A stretch of 58,031 bases of DNA, counting the filler, from Jimgerdemannia flammicorona (lineage: Eukaryota): NCBI GenBank assembly GCA_003990765.1. It is 2 parts of 2 records of this genome, joined end to end, with 100 filler letters (N's around TTAATTAATTAA, not from the genome) between each part and the next. Parts side by side here need not be neighbours in the genome. Positions count along the whole stretch, not along the records: positions 1 to 28,974 come from RBNJ01000530.1; 1 more part is not named here. One strand, written 5' to 3'. Below, one piece after another: positions 13,501-25,862 of the stretch (the stretch's first letter is position 1; each line of letters opens with the position of its first letter). The notes below the pieces were generated by a model. It made no database searches. It saw only the letters and a list, made by a program, of their open reading frames with translations, and was not told where the DNA came from. Both the position numbers and the translations under genes were made by a program.

Positions 13501-15763
13501 TACTGCCCCTTATCAGTGATATCCTTGTAACTCTAGGAGATAAAGTACAGTATTACAGCACCTTAGACTTATACTCAGGATTCTATCAAATTAGTCTCAC
13601 AGAAGCAGCAAGTGAAAAATCAGCTTTCATCACCTCAGATGGAATCTATGTCTACTTATGAATACCATTTGAAATATACAATACACTAGTAAGCTTCTAG
13701 TGAATGATGAACAAAATCTTCTGCTATGATATGGGAAGATAGATGATGGTTTATATAGATAATATAATCATTTACAGCAGGACAGCTGAAGAACATCTGT
13801 GGTATATCCAGCAGATGATGGAAAAGTTAAGGAAGTATGGCCTTTACATTAAGCCTAAGAAATATAAGTTTGCAGAAATTGAGATCTCCTATCTTGGTCA
13901 TATCATCAATCAAGATAGAACACATTCAGACCCCCTCAATATACAAGCAGTAGCAGCATATCTAAGACCCACTATCATTACTAAAGCCCAAGCCTTCATG
14001 GAACTCACCTTCTACTACTGAAGATTTATTAAAAAATTCTTTAATATTGCAGGTCCAATCTATGAACTTAACAAGAAGGATACCAAGTTCCAATAGACTG
14101 GTAGGCAGCAATAAGTATTTGATGAGCTCAAGGTTAGACTGACCTAAGCACCCATCCTTAGAAGACCAGACTGGATCCAAGAATTCATCCTTTAGACAGA
14201 TGTAAATGCACAAGGACTAGGAGCAGTCCTAGCTCAGAAGAAAGACAAAGTAGAGTATGTTATTACATATCTCAGCCATAGAACCCAAGGAGCTGAAAAA
14301 GAATACAAATTGTATAAGTTGGAGTACCTTGCAGTCATCTGGGCTGTAGAAAAGTTCCACTACTATCTGACTGGAAGACACTTTACTATTTAAACTGACC
14401 ACTCAGCTCTCACCTAGCTACTGACCACTGGACAACCCAAGGGAATCTATGCCAGATGGATCATGAAGTTGCAAGCCTATGGTATGACTATTGTGTACTG
14501 CTCAGGAAGAACCAATACCAATATAGATGCTCTCTCACAGATACTCTGAAGGACTCTCAACCAACAAATCAATAATGAATAAAGAGCTCTCCTATAGAAT
14601 TATCACATATCTGGGACAGTAAAAGATGCCCCAACATTTGGAAGAATGGACCCAAATGATCATCAACAGAACATGGAAACAATTTGAAACTAATAGAGAA
14701 GTACTGAAGAAAGGAAAACTACTAGTAATACTAGAATGTAAAAAGGAGTAAGTAATGAAATCAGTATATGAACTCAGCCATCTAGATGGAATCAATACAT
14801 ATGATAAAATAAGAAGAACAATGTGGTGGCCAGGAATGGAGGAAGATATTAGACAATTTGTCAAGACCTGTGAAAAATACCAGAAACAAAAACAAGACTA
14901 ATGAAATCAGACTCCAGGATTAGCACATATAGAATCAGTGTCCTTTGCCTATATAGAAATAGATATAATTGGCCAACTACCTCTGATCCTGACTGGCAAC
15001 TGATATATCATTATCATTATAGACCTCTTCACAAAATAGATAGAGGCAGGACCCCTCAAAGAAGCCAATATACAGTCAATTGCTGATTTCTTCCACAAAG
15101 AAATCATCTACCAATTCAAGACTCCAATACAAGTGACCACTGATAGAGGAACAGAATTCATGAACTAGTTCTTTAAGGTTCTCTACAAAAAGTATAAGAT
15201 CTAGTATATTTGGACCACAGCATATTATTCCCAAGAAAATAGATAAGCAGAAAGGACCAACAAGATCCTCAAGAATGTTATTGCTAAGATCTGTGATAAC
15301 TACAAAAATTGGAATCACTATCTGCCAATAGCATTATTTGTTCTCTGGGATATTCGATCACAAAGTACCCATTTTACTCTCTAAGAAATGCTGTTCAGAG
15401 AAGAAAGTTCTCAAGGAACTCTATTAATTAATCAAGATGCTGTATGAAAGCATATAGATATAGAGATACAGAAACTATATCAAATCAGGAAGAAGGCCAA
15501 GGATTATATAAACAAGGTGCAGACACTATAGCAGAATAATGCAGAAAAGATTCACAAACCCCTGAAGATAATCAAGATAGAAGACAAAGTCCTAGTATAT
15601 CAGAATATGGTAGAAGCTTCATGGTCACAAAAACTGGAGCCTAAGTGGGAAGGATCTTATCTTATGCAAGATATAAAAAAAACCACCTTTTGGCTATGAA
15701 AATTCTCAGAAATAATCATTCTTACTACCATCTACCGAAACTGACTCAAGAGATACCATGAAT
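10596..15763 (+). pseudogene. gag-pol of element B
   Basis: CYSCGEEGH knuckle (~11365); AIIDTRAG protease (~11985); LCTDYRKLN, LDLYSGFYQI, YIDN in RT; RNase H TD...GLGAVLAQ; integrase IDIIGPLP, TDRGTEF and KWEGSY. Confidence 0.93.
12690..13075 (+). pseudogene. dUTPase domain of element B, between protease and RT
   Basis: TGLEMTIP, KTRSSL, GGVIDSDYIGEI, then a decayed motif IV/V. Confidence 0.88.
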
Positions 15764-16250
15764 AGTCAACAAAGTAATGTAGTTGCTCTCAGGATTACAA
15801 GTGCTGCCCAATGAGCCATAGAAAGATAGTGGTGTTCTACTGAGCCACCTACAATAGAGGAATCCTTTGACAGCATCCAGAGTATAGTCCAGACCCACTT
15901 ATCATTAATTTCATACTTCAAGGCCTACCAGAACCAAACTAAGCTTCAAGAATACTTCAGTACTAAATTCAAAGTCAGACATGGGAAAAGAAGACTAGAT
16001 CAAGTAATGTCAACTCTTCTACACTCAGATCACAATCACCAAGAGAGTGTATAAGTTATTCAAAGATGATGAGTCAGTCCTAGACTATTTTTGAGAAGTA
16101 GCCCCAACTGACTTTAGACATATCAAGAGATAATATTAGAAGAATGTTATGGTATAAATCCTACAATATAAGAAGATACAAATCATAGAAGTCTGGGAGT
16201 TTGAATAGAATACTTTAGAGATAAATCACTTATTTAGGAGGAAGTTGTGA
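15758..16250 (+). pseudogene. Accessory ORF downstream of integrase (unknown function)
   Basis: ATG overlaps the end of integrase. Reads MNSQQSNVVALR...FKAYQNQ...ITKRVYKLFKDDESVLDYF*EVAPTDFRHI with transition-type stops and one frameshift. Confidence 0.65.
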
Positions 16251-16694
16251 TGGTCAATCTGAATTAGTAACATGAATTAGAGAAATTAGACATTTGATTA
16301 TAATACCTAAATTGATTCCCAAATATAGCTTAGCCTTAAAAGATAGCAGTCATATTTCACTATTAGAGAAAACTTTACTATTGGCGAAATTTTAGGAGAT
16401 GGCAAAATCTTTGCAGATGGTAAAAGATTCAATACTAGCAGAAAATGATTCATTACTTAGCCACCTTATAGTTAGTAAACTTGTATAAATAACCCAGTAT
16501 CTTAGAGTAAATAAAACTCAGATCAAAATAGTTTAAAACAAAGAGAAAGCAAAGGAACTAGTAAGCCTGTGGGCAGATACACTTCAAACTTATCCATTCC
16601 TATATCCTAAGGACTCTGTAGAGTCAAAGAAGATCAAGTTTTCAAGATACAGAAATCTAACATACTTCCAAGGTTAAGCATCTGCTACATTATA
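16246..16694 (+). repeat. 3' LTR of element B
   Basis: TGTGATGG...CATTATA, immediately after the PPT. Confidence 0.95.
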
Positions 16695-17323
16695 CTGAAT
16701 ATATATAGATGAGATATTTAGCTTAGATCTACTCTATAAATCTTCAGAGCTAAGATCATCATCTTTATACTTATTATTATTATTAGATTCCTTACTGAGT
16801 ACTTGAGATATGTATTAATTATATATATATACTACTATATTAATAGTTTTGGCCTAATAAGAATATAATAATCTGATAACATTAATCATTATTTGAATTA
16901 TTGTAATGATTGTATAATTAAATTACTCAGCTATACTATTCTGTTGAGATATAAGGAGCTGTCATTTGATATTATATATTTCATTTTTTCAGAAATTGCT
17001 TAAATATATTATTGATATATTTATATCTATTATCTGATTATATAATACATACTCTATGTTTTGTCTCATTCTCAGTAATTACTTTGAATTCTTTGAATTT
17101 TTCTAAGACTTCACTCTTTGCTAATAAGAAATTATTTCTAGAGTATATATTTAGTAGTAATCTACTAATAGATTTACTCTTTATCATATATTAAAGACTT
17201 ATCTTACTGATATATCCTAAGCATTGATACTATATATTAGATATATCAGATATAGTTATTATATATATAGAGGCTTTTATACTATTTAGCATCTTATTGA
17301 TTATATAAATATTACTATTGTTA

Positions 17324-18844
17324 CATAGTAGTTGCTGAGTCCTTCAAATATACCAGATTCTCTTTAAGGTATATCTCTTAGACTAACTCAAGTTTATTAT
17401 AAGCAAGTTCTTATTGAAGTGCCTTCCCAAGGTCTTATAGTCCTCAAACTTCTTATCTTTAACTATCTTGTTATATCTTAGATTGCTTGCAAGAAAGTAT
17501 ATATAAGTGAACCAGAACTGACTTTATTTCAGAGAAAATAAGAGGAGTATTTATACAAAATATAATTCAATGATTGCTAAGATATAAAGCTAAATATAAA
17601 TTCCAATAACTAAAATAAAATGCCAGAACAGGAAAAACTACTAAGTTCCAGAGTCAGCACTGATGGTTGTACAGGTTCAGGATGCTGATATAATTCAGTG
17701 TTACATCAGAATACTGGTACTGGTATTATTCAGTATTATATCAGAATGCCAGTGCTGGCATTATTCAGTATAACCAAGGGACTTAGAGCAGAATGTTCAG
17801 GACTATGGGGGCTTCATCATCAGAGGTCAGGATGTCTTCAAAGGAGATGAGGTCTGCAAATTCAACATTATCGCATAGGTTATTTTCATGTATGTCATAT
17901 ATTTCACATATATTGTATGAGATGACGTCATCACTGATGATATCATTATATTTAGCAGTAGGAAGGAGGTCTAGAGCTCTCCAGTCTATGAGGTTCTCTT
18001 CCACAAAATAGAGAACAAATGTGGGGTCTTGGGGAGGTCTAACCTAGATGCTTGAGTCTTGGAATATTGAGATCAATTCTTACAGGAATTGGTCTGGGTT
18101 GTTCTAGAGGATAGGATGCCAGAAGTCTTCTACTTCATCACTATTGAGGGTGATAGTGGACTGGGCTTCTGTAGCCACTCTGACTTCTAGTACATTGATA
18201 CAGTGGAATTACAGATCTCTGAAATCTGAGACTCTAACATACTCCAAGTTGGGGATCAACCATGGTGCATACCTGAAGATCTGATGGATCTTTTTAGCTA
18301 TTTTTGCCTCATATATATCTATGGGAGTAGCATCTTGTAGCTCTTGAGGGCTGGCCTGTGGGAACTTCTGGTAGAGGAGGTTTCCTATTTCATACTTCTG
18401 CTATATTTAGAGGTATTCAGTAGTAATGGTAATCCTTGTTTCCATTTCACATATAATGATAAGAGTCACTGGTACTCAGGTTGATACTGGGAGTCCTTCT
18501 TGAGCAGGTCCTCATGGCTATTCTGATGTCTTGGAATATCCTCTCTTCAACTGAGATATCTTGATGGTTTCTTAATTTTGAGGTTTGGTAAACAGCAGGC
18601 ATTTTATTTGTAGTAAGTCTTTGAGCTATTTTGAGATTGGTGGGTCTTGTTGGTTGCTGCTACTGCAGTTCCTTGATCCTTTTTTTATATTCCTCAGGAT
18701 GCTTATACTGTGGTCAAAATGACTCATAGTTGGTCATCATTGCTCATCTTATATACTGTATAATCTTCTTGTGCTCTGATCTAGTGACTTGTAAGAAAAG
18801 ACTATCTTCTATGCTGATGTCATCATTCTGGGGTCACTATTACA
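17324..18844 (-). repeat. 3' LTR of element C (~1520 bp)
   Basis: Minus strand starts TGTAATAGTG right after the PPT; colinear with 24541-26104. Confidence 0.93.
17783..18602 (-). pseudogene. LTR-embedded ORF (~276 aa consensus), 3' LTR copy
   Basis: MPAVYQTSKLRNHQ...YEIGNLL...AKKIHQIFRYAPWLIPNLEYVRVSDFRDL...EENLIDWRA. Lesions are mostly complemented by the other LTR copy. Confidence 0.7.
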
Positions 18845-19214
18845 TCTTCCTCCTGAATAAAGATCTTCTCAAGCATCCTTATTCATTGGTCCAGTCCTGA
18901 AAAATTTTCTGATCCCATAACCTCTGGCAAGGGGTCAAAAAGTGGTATTTATGGGCTGATATCTTCCTTTTGTATTTTGGTGTGATGGTGAAGGGTCACT
19001 CCCTTCATATAGAGCAAGGGCCTGATTCTGATCTTGACCAATCAGTTGATGGTTCAAACTCCTCTAACTCTGAAAGTCTCACAAATGAGTAGTTGCTAAT
19101 ACCATATCCCTTAGAGAATAGTCCAGACAGATAGCCTGCTGGTCACAGTACATGCTGTTATGATTTGTAGACTAGAACCTTATGGGTAGTTATCATGTTT
19201 TGCTTCTCTTATAT

Positions 19215-22200
19215 AGGTTCATGATACTTCTTGAGTCTGTTCCTATATACTGTGGTAGGCAGTATAGTCTCTGAGATTTTTCTAAGCCAGAAGATAGTTC
19301 CCTTGATATCTTGCATATAGAAGGGTCCTTTTCATTTGGGCTCCAGTTTTCATGACCATGAGGCTTCTACCATATTTTGATACAGTAGAATCTTTTCTCT
19401 GATTTGGATGGGTTCTAGAGTCTTATAATTCTTTTCTGCATTCTTCCTTATCAGTACTTGTGACTTGATGATGTAATCTTCAGCCTTCTTCCTGATTTGG
19501 TATAGTCTTCTGATTTCTGCATCAACCTATCTCCAAGTTAGGTCTAGATTTATGGCTGAGGTTCCATCAGAATCTTCTTCTCTGAAGAGCAGTTCTCTTG
19601 GGGTAAAGTATGTACTCTGTGACTGTATGTCTCATAGGACAGAGAGGCAGTTGGGAGATAATTATCCCAACTCTCATATGTCTCTGAGATCTTTGCCAGA
19701 ATATTCTTGAGAGTCTTGTTGGTTCTCTCTGTTTGTCCATTTTCTTGAGGGTGGTATACAGTAGTCTTGATGTACTGGATCTTATATTTCTGATACATTA
19801 TCTTATAGAATCCATTGACAAATTCTGTGCTGTGGTCTGTTGTGATTTGCTTTGGTATCTTATAGTGGCAGATGATTTCTCAGTACAGAAAGTCAGCTAT
19901 AGAGAGGGTATTGGCTTCTTGTAATGCTCCTGCCTCTATCCATTTGGTGAAGAGGTCTATAATAACTATAATATAGCAGTTTCCTGATAATATTACTGGT
20001 AGTGGCCCAATGATATTCATTATGATGTGGTGGAAGGATATAGGCTCAATTCTTGATGATCTAGATGTCTGGTCTTACTGATCTTGTTTCTGTTTTTAGC
20101 ACTTATCACACTCTTTGACAAATCGGCACAGGTCTTCTTCCATCTTGAACCACCACATAGTTCTTTTTGCCTTATCATATGTGTTGATTCCTCCTAAGTA
20201 TTCTTGCTCATGTACTTCCTTCATTACTTGATACTTCTTGTGTTTAGGTATTACTAGCTTTCCTCCTTTTCTGAGTATAGTGTTGTCTAGTTCAAACTAT
20301 TTCCAATTCCAGTTGATGATAGTGATTGTCTAGGGTTTGAGGTGGTTGAACATCTTCTGCTGCCTAAGATAGCTGATTAATCCATAGTATAGCTCCTTAT
20401 TCATGTTGAATAGTCTTGATGGGGATGTTTCAGGGTATCCTTGAGAGTACATCAGCATTGGTGTTAGTTCTTCCTGAGTGGTGCTTGACGGTACAGTTAT
20501 ACTCTTACAGCCTGTAGATCCATCTGATATATATTCCTTTGGGGTTCAGAGTGTGGAATAGCCAGGCAAGAGCAGAATGGTCTGTTTGAATAGTGAAGTA
20601 TTTTCTGGCTAGGTAGTAGTAGAACTTGTCTACTGTCCAAACTACTGCTAAGCATTCAAGCTTACATGACTTGTAGTTCTGTTCTGCTCTGTAGGTATCT
20701 CAGCTTGCATAGGAAATGACATATTCATGTCCATCTTTCTTCTGAGCTAGGACTGCTCCAAGTCCTATAATACTTATATCTGTCTGCAGGATAAATTCTA
20801 GGTTCCAATCTGGTATTCTGAGGATAGGTGCTTGGGTCAGCCTATTCTTAAGTTCATTGAAGGTTTCTTGGTGTTCCTTGGTCCATTTGAATTTGGTCTC
20901 CTTCTTCAGTAGCTCATAGATAGGTACTACAATGTTAGAGTATCTTTTGATGAACCTTCTGTAGTAGCTGGCCAGTCCAAGGAAGGCATGGACTTCTGTG
21001 GTTGTTCTGGGTCTCGAGTAAGCTGCAACAGCCTCAATCTTCATGAGATCTGTGTGGATTTCAGTCTGGTTGATGAGGTGTCCTAGGTAGGTGATTTCCT
21101 GAGCTACAAACTTGCATTTCTTGGGCTTGATGTAAAGGCCATGCTCCTTGAGCTTCTTGAGGGCTAGCTATATGATTGACATATTCCTATATAGTGTTGC
21201 TAAAGATGATCACATCATCAATATAGACAAAGAGCCATTTTCCAATCTCATTGCTGAAGACTCTGTTAATCATTCACTGAAAACTTACTGGGGCATTGCA
21301 CATTCCAAATGACATTTGCAGGTAGATATAGATGGTATCAGGTATAATGAAGGCTGATTTCTCACTGGCATCTTGAGTGAGACCAATCTGATGGAAGCCT
21401 GAGAACAGATCCAAGGTAGTGTAGTATTTGGCTTTACTTCTAAGAGTGGTAAGAATTTCTTGAATGTTTGGCAAGAGCTGCCTATCCTTCTTGGTGATGG
21501 CATTGAGCTTCCTGTAGTCAATGTAGAGTCTTAGTGCAAACTCTTCAGGCTTGCTTCCTTTCTTTGGGGTAAGGACAATGAGTGAGACCCAGGGGCTGAT
21601 AGCTTGTTTGATGATTCTGACTTCTTCCATTTCCTTGAGTTCTGCTTGCAGCCATTCTCTGTAGGCAGGTGGTATGGGTCTAGATTTCTGGTAGATAGGC
21701 TTAGTATTATCAGTATCAACTTCATGATAGTACTTGGGTTTTTGGTTGTAAATATTCCTGAAGTCTATAGCAAGTACTCTTTCATTCTGATGCAGGATCT
21801 TGAGAAGTTATTCTTTCAGGGGAAAGTTTTCTCCAATAGTGTATGTGTGTTTGTTCTGGTCCTTGTCTTTCTTGTGCTCAAGTTCAGTAATCTTGGTGGT
21901 AGCATAGGCTCCTCTTCCAGTAGATCCAAAGTCTTGTTCTCCTCTCTTGGTCTTGATGAGTTCAATGGCTTCTATGATCTTAGGCTTCTTGATTTCATGG
22001 ATCAGCATCTGGTCAATCCTGTCATGCTTCTTGACTTTGAATGGAGTGGTGGAGTTGTGATTCCTGACTATAAGGAAGATCTCACCAGTGTAATTAGAGT
22101 CAATTACTCCTCCTTTAACTGAGATTTCACTTTTGGCCAGACTGCTCCTGGTCTTGATAATTCTGGTATAGTTTTCTAGCAGCTTGACTCCAATTCCAGT

Positions 22201-24420
22201 ACCAAGTAGGGTGGTGGTCTGTGGTTTAAGGGTAGCATCTTGAATGCTGGCAAGGTCTATTTCAATGGCTCCTTCAGTCTTGTATTCTGGAATCTTGGCT
22301 TTGGGGGTGAAACTTCTTAACCTTGAGGGTGATATCTGATTCTTATTCCTCCTCATTATTACTGTCAGCCTGAAGCTCTGGGGGCTGATCATCTTCTTTG
22401 GCTTTCCTTTTTGCTTTGACAGCTTCTTGCTCATGTTTCTGTTGATAGATTTTCCTGACTTCACTAATACAAGACCAGCAGTCATTCAGGTGTTCAGAGC
22501 TGTACATCCTAGTACTATGGGGGCATCTTCCTTGAGGGGTATAGCCATCAATGATCTTGTTGTACTACTGCTCATCTGTGAGCTTAGGTGTCTTGTTCTT
22601 GTTCTTACTCACCAAATACATGAAGACCTCTATGTCCTCTTCATCTCCTTCCTCCATGTCTGGTAGAACTCCTTTATGGACATTGATAGAAACTTGTACC
22701 TTTCTTCCTCCATAGTTGATCTGTATCTTCTGGGCATTGAGATCAATGATGGCCTTGGTCTTGTGAAGCCATTAGTTGCCAATGAGGATGTCATAGTTAG
22801 TAGTGCTTATAACAATCACATCTACTGGGATGGTAGCTCCTCCTATCTTGATGGGGACTTCTCAGATTTTACTAAGGGGGGTAGCTCATATATTATCTGC
22901 TGTGACATAGACCATCTTGGTAGACTCTTCAATGTCTCAACCTAGGCAGTTAATTGCCTTCTTACTCATGAGGCATTCTCCAGCACTGGTATCAATGATA
23001 GCATCAAAGATATAGTCTTCAATCTGATATGAGGTATAGGCTGATGTCCTATGCTGGTCTTTGAATTCTTCACCTGAGTTTTCAGATTCTTCCTGTACAT
23101 TGTGAGCTTCTACAATCTTGTACTTTTGATTCTTGATAGTAGTTATAAGTCCTACTCTCAACAGTTGTCTGAAGGCAGGAACTTCAGCTAGTTGTCCAAA
23201 AGTAGCATTGACCTTCTGTTTCTTGAGATTCTTATAGATATCATACTGGTGGATCTTGGTCTTGTACAGCTTCTGTTCCTTCTTGCTCTCACTTTCTCCT
23301 AAAACTAGAGTAGTGCCTTCAATAATTTGGCAGACAGCTTCATCTAACTCCATGTCTTGATCAATCTCCTCAGGTTGGGTCTTGCTTTGAATAGTGACAG
23401 CTGGGGTCTTCTTTGGTCTTCCAACTGGCTTGCTGTTACTCTTCTTGTCATAGGGCTTGGACTGGGTTCTGGTACCTTCAGTAGCAGGGTAGAATTCAAG
23501 CTCCTCATAGTATTCTTCATCATCAGTGTCACCAATCTTCTCAATGACTACTGCATTAGTTTGTTCTCTGGTTCTGCTAGCATTTCTTGGTTGGGCTTTG
23601 CATCTTGTTTCAGTTATGCAATTCTTTGCATAGTGGCCTTCTTCTCCACATCTGAAGTATATGATATTGCATTCTTCTGTAGCAGCTGCAAATCTCTGCA
23701 CTGGTCTCCTATTGGCACTTTGGACTTCTCTAACAATATCACTAAGGTGTGCAGTCATCTCGGCAAACTGCTTAGTAAGTTCTTCCACTGGATCAGCTTT
23801 GACTGCCTTGAGAGTAGGTGGGGTTGGTTGTCTGTTTACAATTATGGCAGATATGATACTAGTTGGCATTGATGGCTCTATCTTGATGCCAGTTATTTTC
23901 TCTATTGAGTGTTTGGCAGGGTGTCTGGCAGTCCAATATCTCTGTGCAAAGATCACTTTCTGATCAAGGGTCAGTATAGCTGGGGTAGACTGGATTGCTA
24001 AGGCAATTTCAGAGTGAACTCCTTTGAGAAAGGTTGAAACTACTATTTGTTCCTTGAGGGCATCATTATAGCTAGCCAGGACAATCTGATAGCAGATTTA
24101 GGTATAAAATGAGTTGGGATCTTCACTAAGTCTCTGGCAGATAGTATTGAGTTGATCCTTGAGAGCTTGCTTGATCTCTTCAGTATAGTATGTTATTCTG
24201 AGGAAGGCCTTCATGTTGGCAAGTTTGGCTGCACCATTATCAGCAATAGTAGCTGTATTGAACTTAGCTCTGGCAGGTCCTCTGAGGCTGACTGGTAGAA
24301 GGGCCAATTATGCATCCACACCAAGAGCTCATATGGCAGCAAATTGTTCAAAGTCTTCAATAAAGGTCAGTATTGACTCTTCAGTAGTATATCTATAGAA
24401 TATAGAGAGATGCATTTCCA
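19215..24420 (-). pseudogene. gag-pol of element C
   Basis: YFRCGEEGHYAKNC knuckle; AIIDTSAG protease; IDYRKLN, LDLFSGFHQI, YIDD; FLGLASYYRRFI; LQTDISIIGLGAVL; YHPQENGQTER. Confidence 0.93.
21905..22310 (-). pseudogene. dUTPase domain of element C, between protease and RT
   Basis: AIEIDL, KTRSSL, GGVIDSNYTGEI, DRIDQML and RGEQDFGSTG, all within ORF 21808-22485. Confidence 0.92.
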
Positions 24421-24908
24421 TCTTATCTTGAATTCTTGCAGGAGTGACTCTTGTAGTCAGGGTAGTTGTTGTGGGATTGTTCGTTTTTCAGCTTAAAAGT
24501 AAGAGATTCATCTTGTATCACCAGCCAATGGGCACCAAGACATAGTGGTCGCTAAGTCCTTCAAATTCACCAGATTCTCTTCAAGGTATATCTCTTAGAC
24601 TAACTCAAGTTTGTATAAGCAAGTTCTTATTAGAGTGCCTTCCCAAAGTCTTATAGTCCTCAAACTTCTTATCTTTAACTGTCTTATTATCTCTTAGATT
24701 GCTTGCAAAGAAGTGTATATAAGTGAACCAGAACTGACTTTATTTTAGAGAAAATAAAAGGAGTATTTATACAAAATATAATTCAATGGTTGCTAAGATA
24801 TAAAGCTAAATATAAATTCCAATAACTAAAATAAAATGCCAGGACAGGAAAAACTGCTAAGTTCCAGGGTTAGCACTGATGGTTGTATAGGTTCAGGATG
24901 CTGGTATA

Positions 24909-25025
24909 ATTTAGTATCACATCAGAATACTGGTGCTGGCATTATTTAGTGTTACATCAGAATGCCAGTACTGGTATTATTCAGTATTATATCAGAATAC
25001 CAGTATTGGCATTATTCAGTGTAAC
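24909..25025. repeat. 35-bp tandem repeat with internal palindrome (3 units here; 2 units at ~17693-17773)
   Basis: Unit ATTCAGTGTTACATCAGAATGCCAGTRCTGGCATT; the consensus AATGCCAGTACTGGCATT is self-complementary. Confidence 0.85.
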
Positions 25026-25033
25026 TAAGGAAC

Positions 25034-25862
25034 TTAGAGCAGAATATTCAGGACCATGGGAGCTTTATCATCAGAGGTCAGGATGTCTTCAAAGGAGATG
25101 AGGTCTATGAATTCATTGTCATTACATAGGTCATTTTTATATATATTATGTATTTCATATATTATATGAGATGACGTCATTGCTGATGACATCATCACAT
25201 TCAGCAGTAGGAAGGAGGTCTGGAGCTCTTTAGTCTATGAGGTTCTCTTCTACAAAATAGAGAACAAATGTGGGATCTTGGAGAGATATAATCTGGATGC
25301 TTGGGCCTTGGAATACTGAGATCAATCCTTGTAGGAATTGGTCTGGATTGTCCTAGAGAATAGGATGCCAGAAGTCTTCTACTTCATCACTATTGAGGGT
25401 AATAGTAGACAGGGCTTCTATAGCCACCCTGACTTCTAGTGCATTGATATAGTAGGATGATAGGTCTCTGAAATCTGAGACTCTAACATACTCCAAGTTG
25501 GGGATCAACTATGGTGTATACCTGAAGACCTGATGGATCTTCTTAGCCATTCTTGTCTTACGTATATCTATAGAAGTGGCATCTTATAGCTCTTGAGGGC
25601 TGGTCTGTGAGAACTTCCAGCAGAGGAGGTTTCCTATTTCATACTCCTGCCATATTTGGAGGCATTTGGTAGTAATGGTGATCCTTGTTTCCATTTCATG
25701 GCAGTAGAGGATATAATGATAAGAGTCACCAGTACCTAGGTTGACACTAGGAGTCCTTCTTGAGTGGGTCCTCATGGCTCTTCTGATGTCTTAGAACATC
25801 CTCTCTTCAACTGAGATACCTTGTTGGTTTCTTAATCTTGAGGTTTGGCAAGCAGCAGGCAT
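25034..25862 (-). pseudogene. LTR-embedded ORF, 5' LTR copy
   Basis: Includes track ORF 25584-25775 (MRTHSRRTPSVNLG...YEIGNLL). Retains 11 nt deleted in the other copy and has a 2-nt deletion near the C-terminus. Confidence 0.7.

Larger units (their letters stand above)
10031..16694 (+). mobile_element. Full-length Ty3/Gypsy element B (LTR-PBS-gag-PR-dUTPase-RT-RH-INT-accessory ORF-PPT-LTR), pseudogenised
   Basis: Two ~450-bp LTRs; TGGTGCC PBS-like sequence at 10484; PPT AGGAGGAAG at 16236-16244; probable 4-bp TSD CTAA/CTGA; domain order PR-RT-RH-INT. Confidence 0.95.

Noticed and set aside
17319..17330. TSD and non-canonical LTR terminus of element C
   Set aside because: Both LTRs begin CATAGT rather than TG on the + strand, and the flanks TTACA/CTATG could derive from CTACG, but boundary and TSD cannot be separated after transitions.
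24909..25025. 35-bp palindromic repeats as CRISPR
   Set aside because: Head-to-tail units with no unique spacers, inside an LTR.
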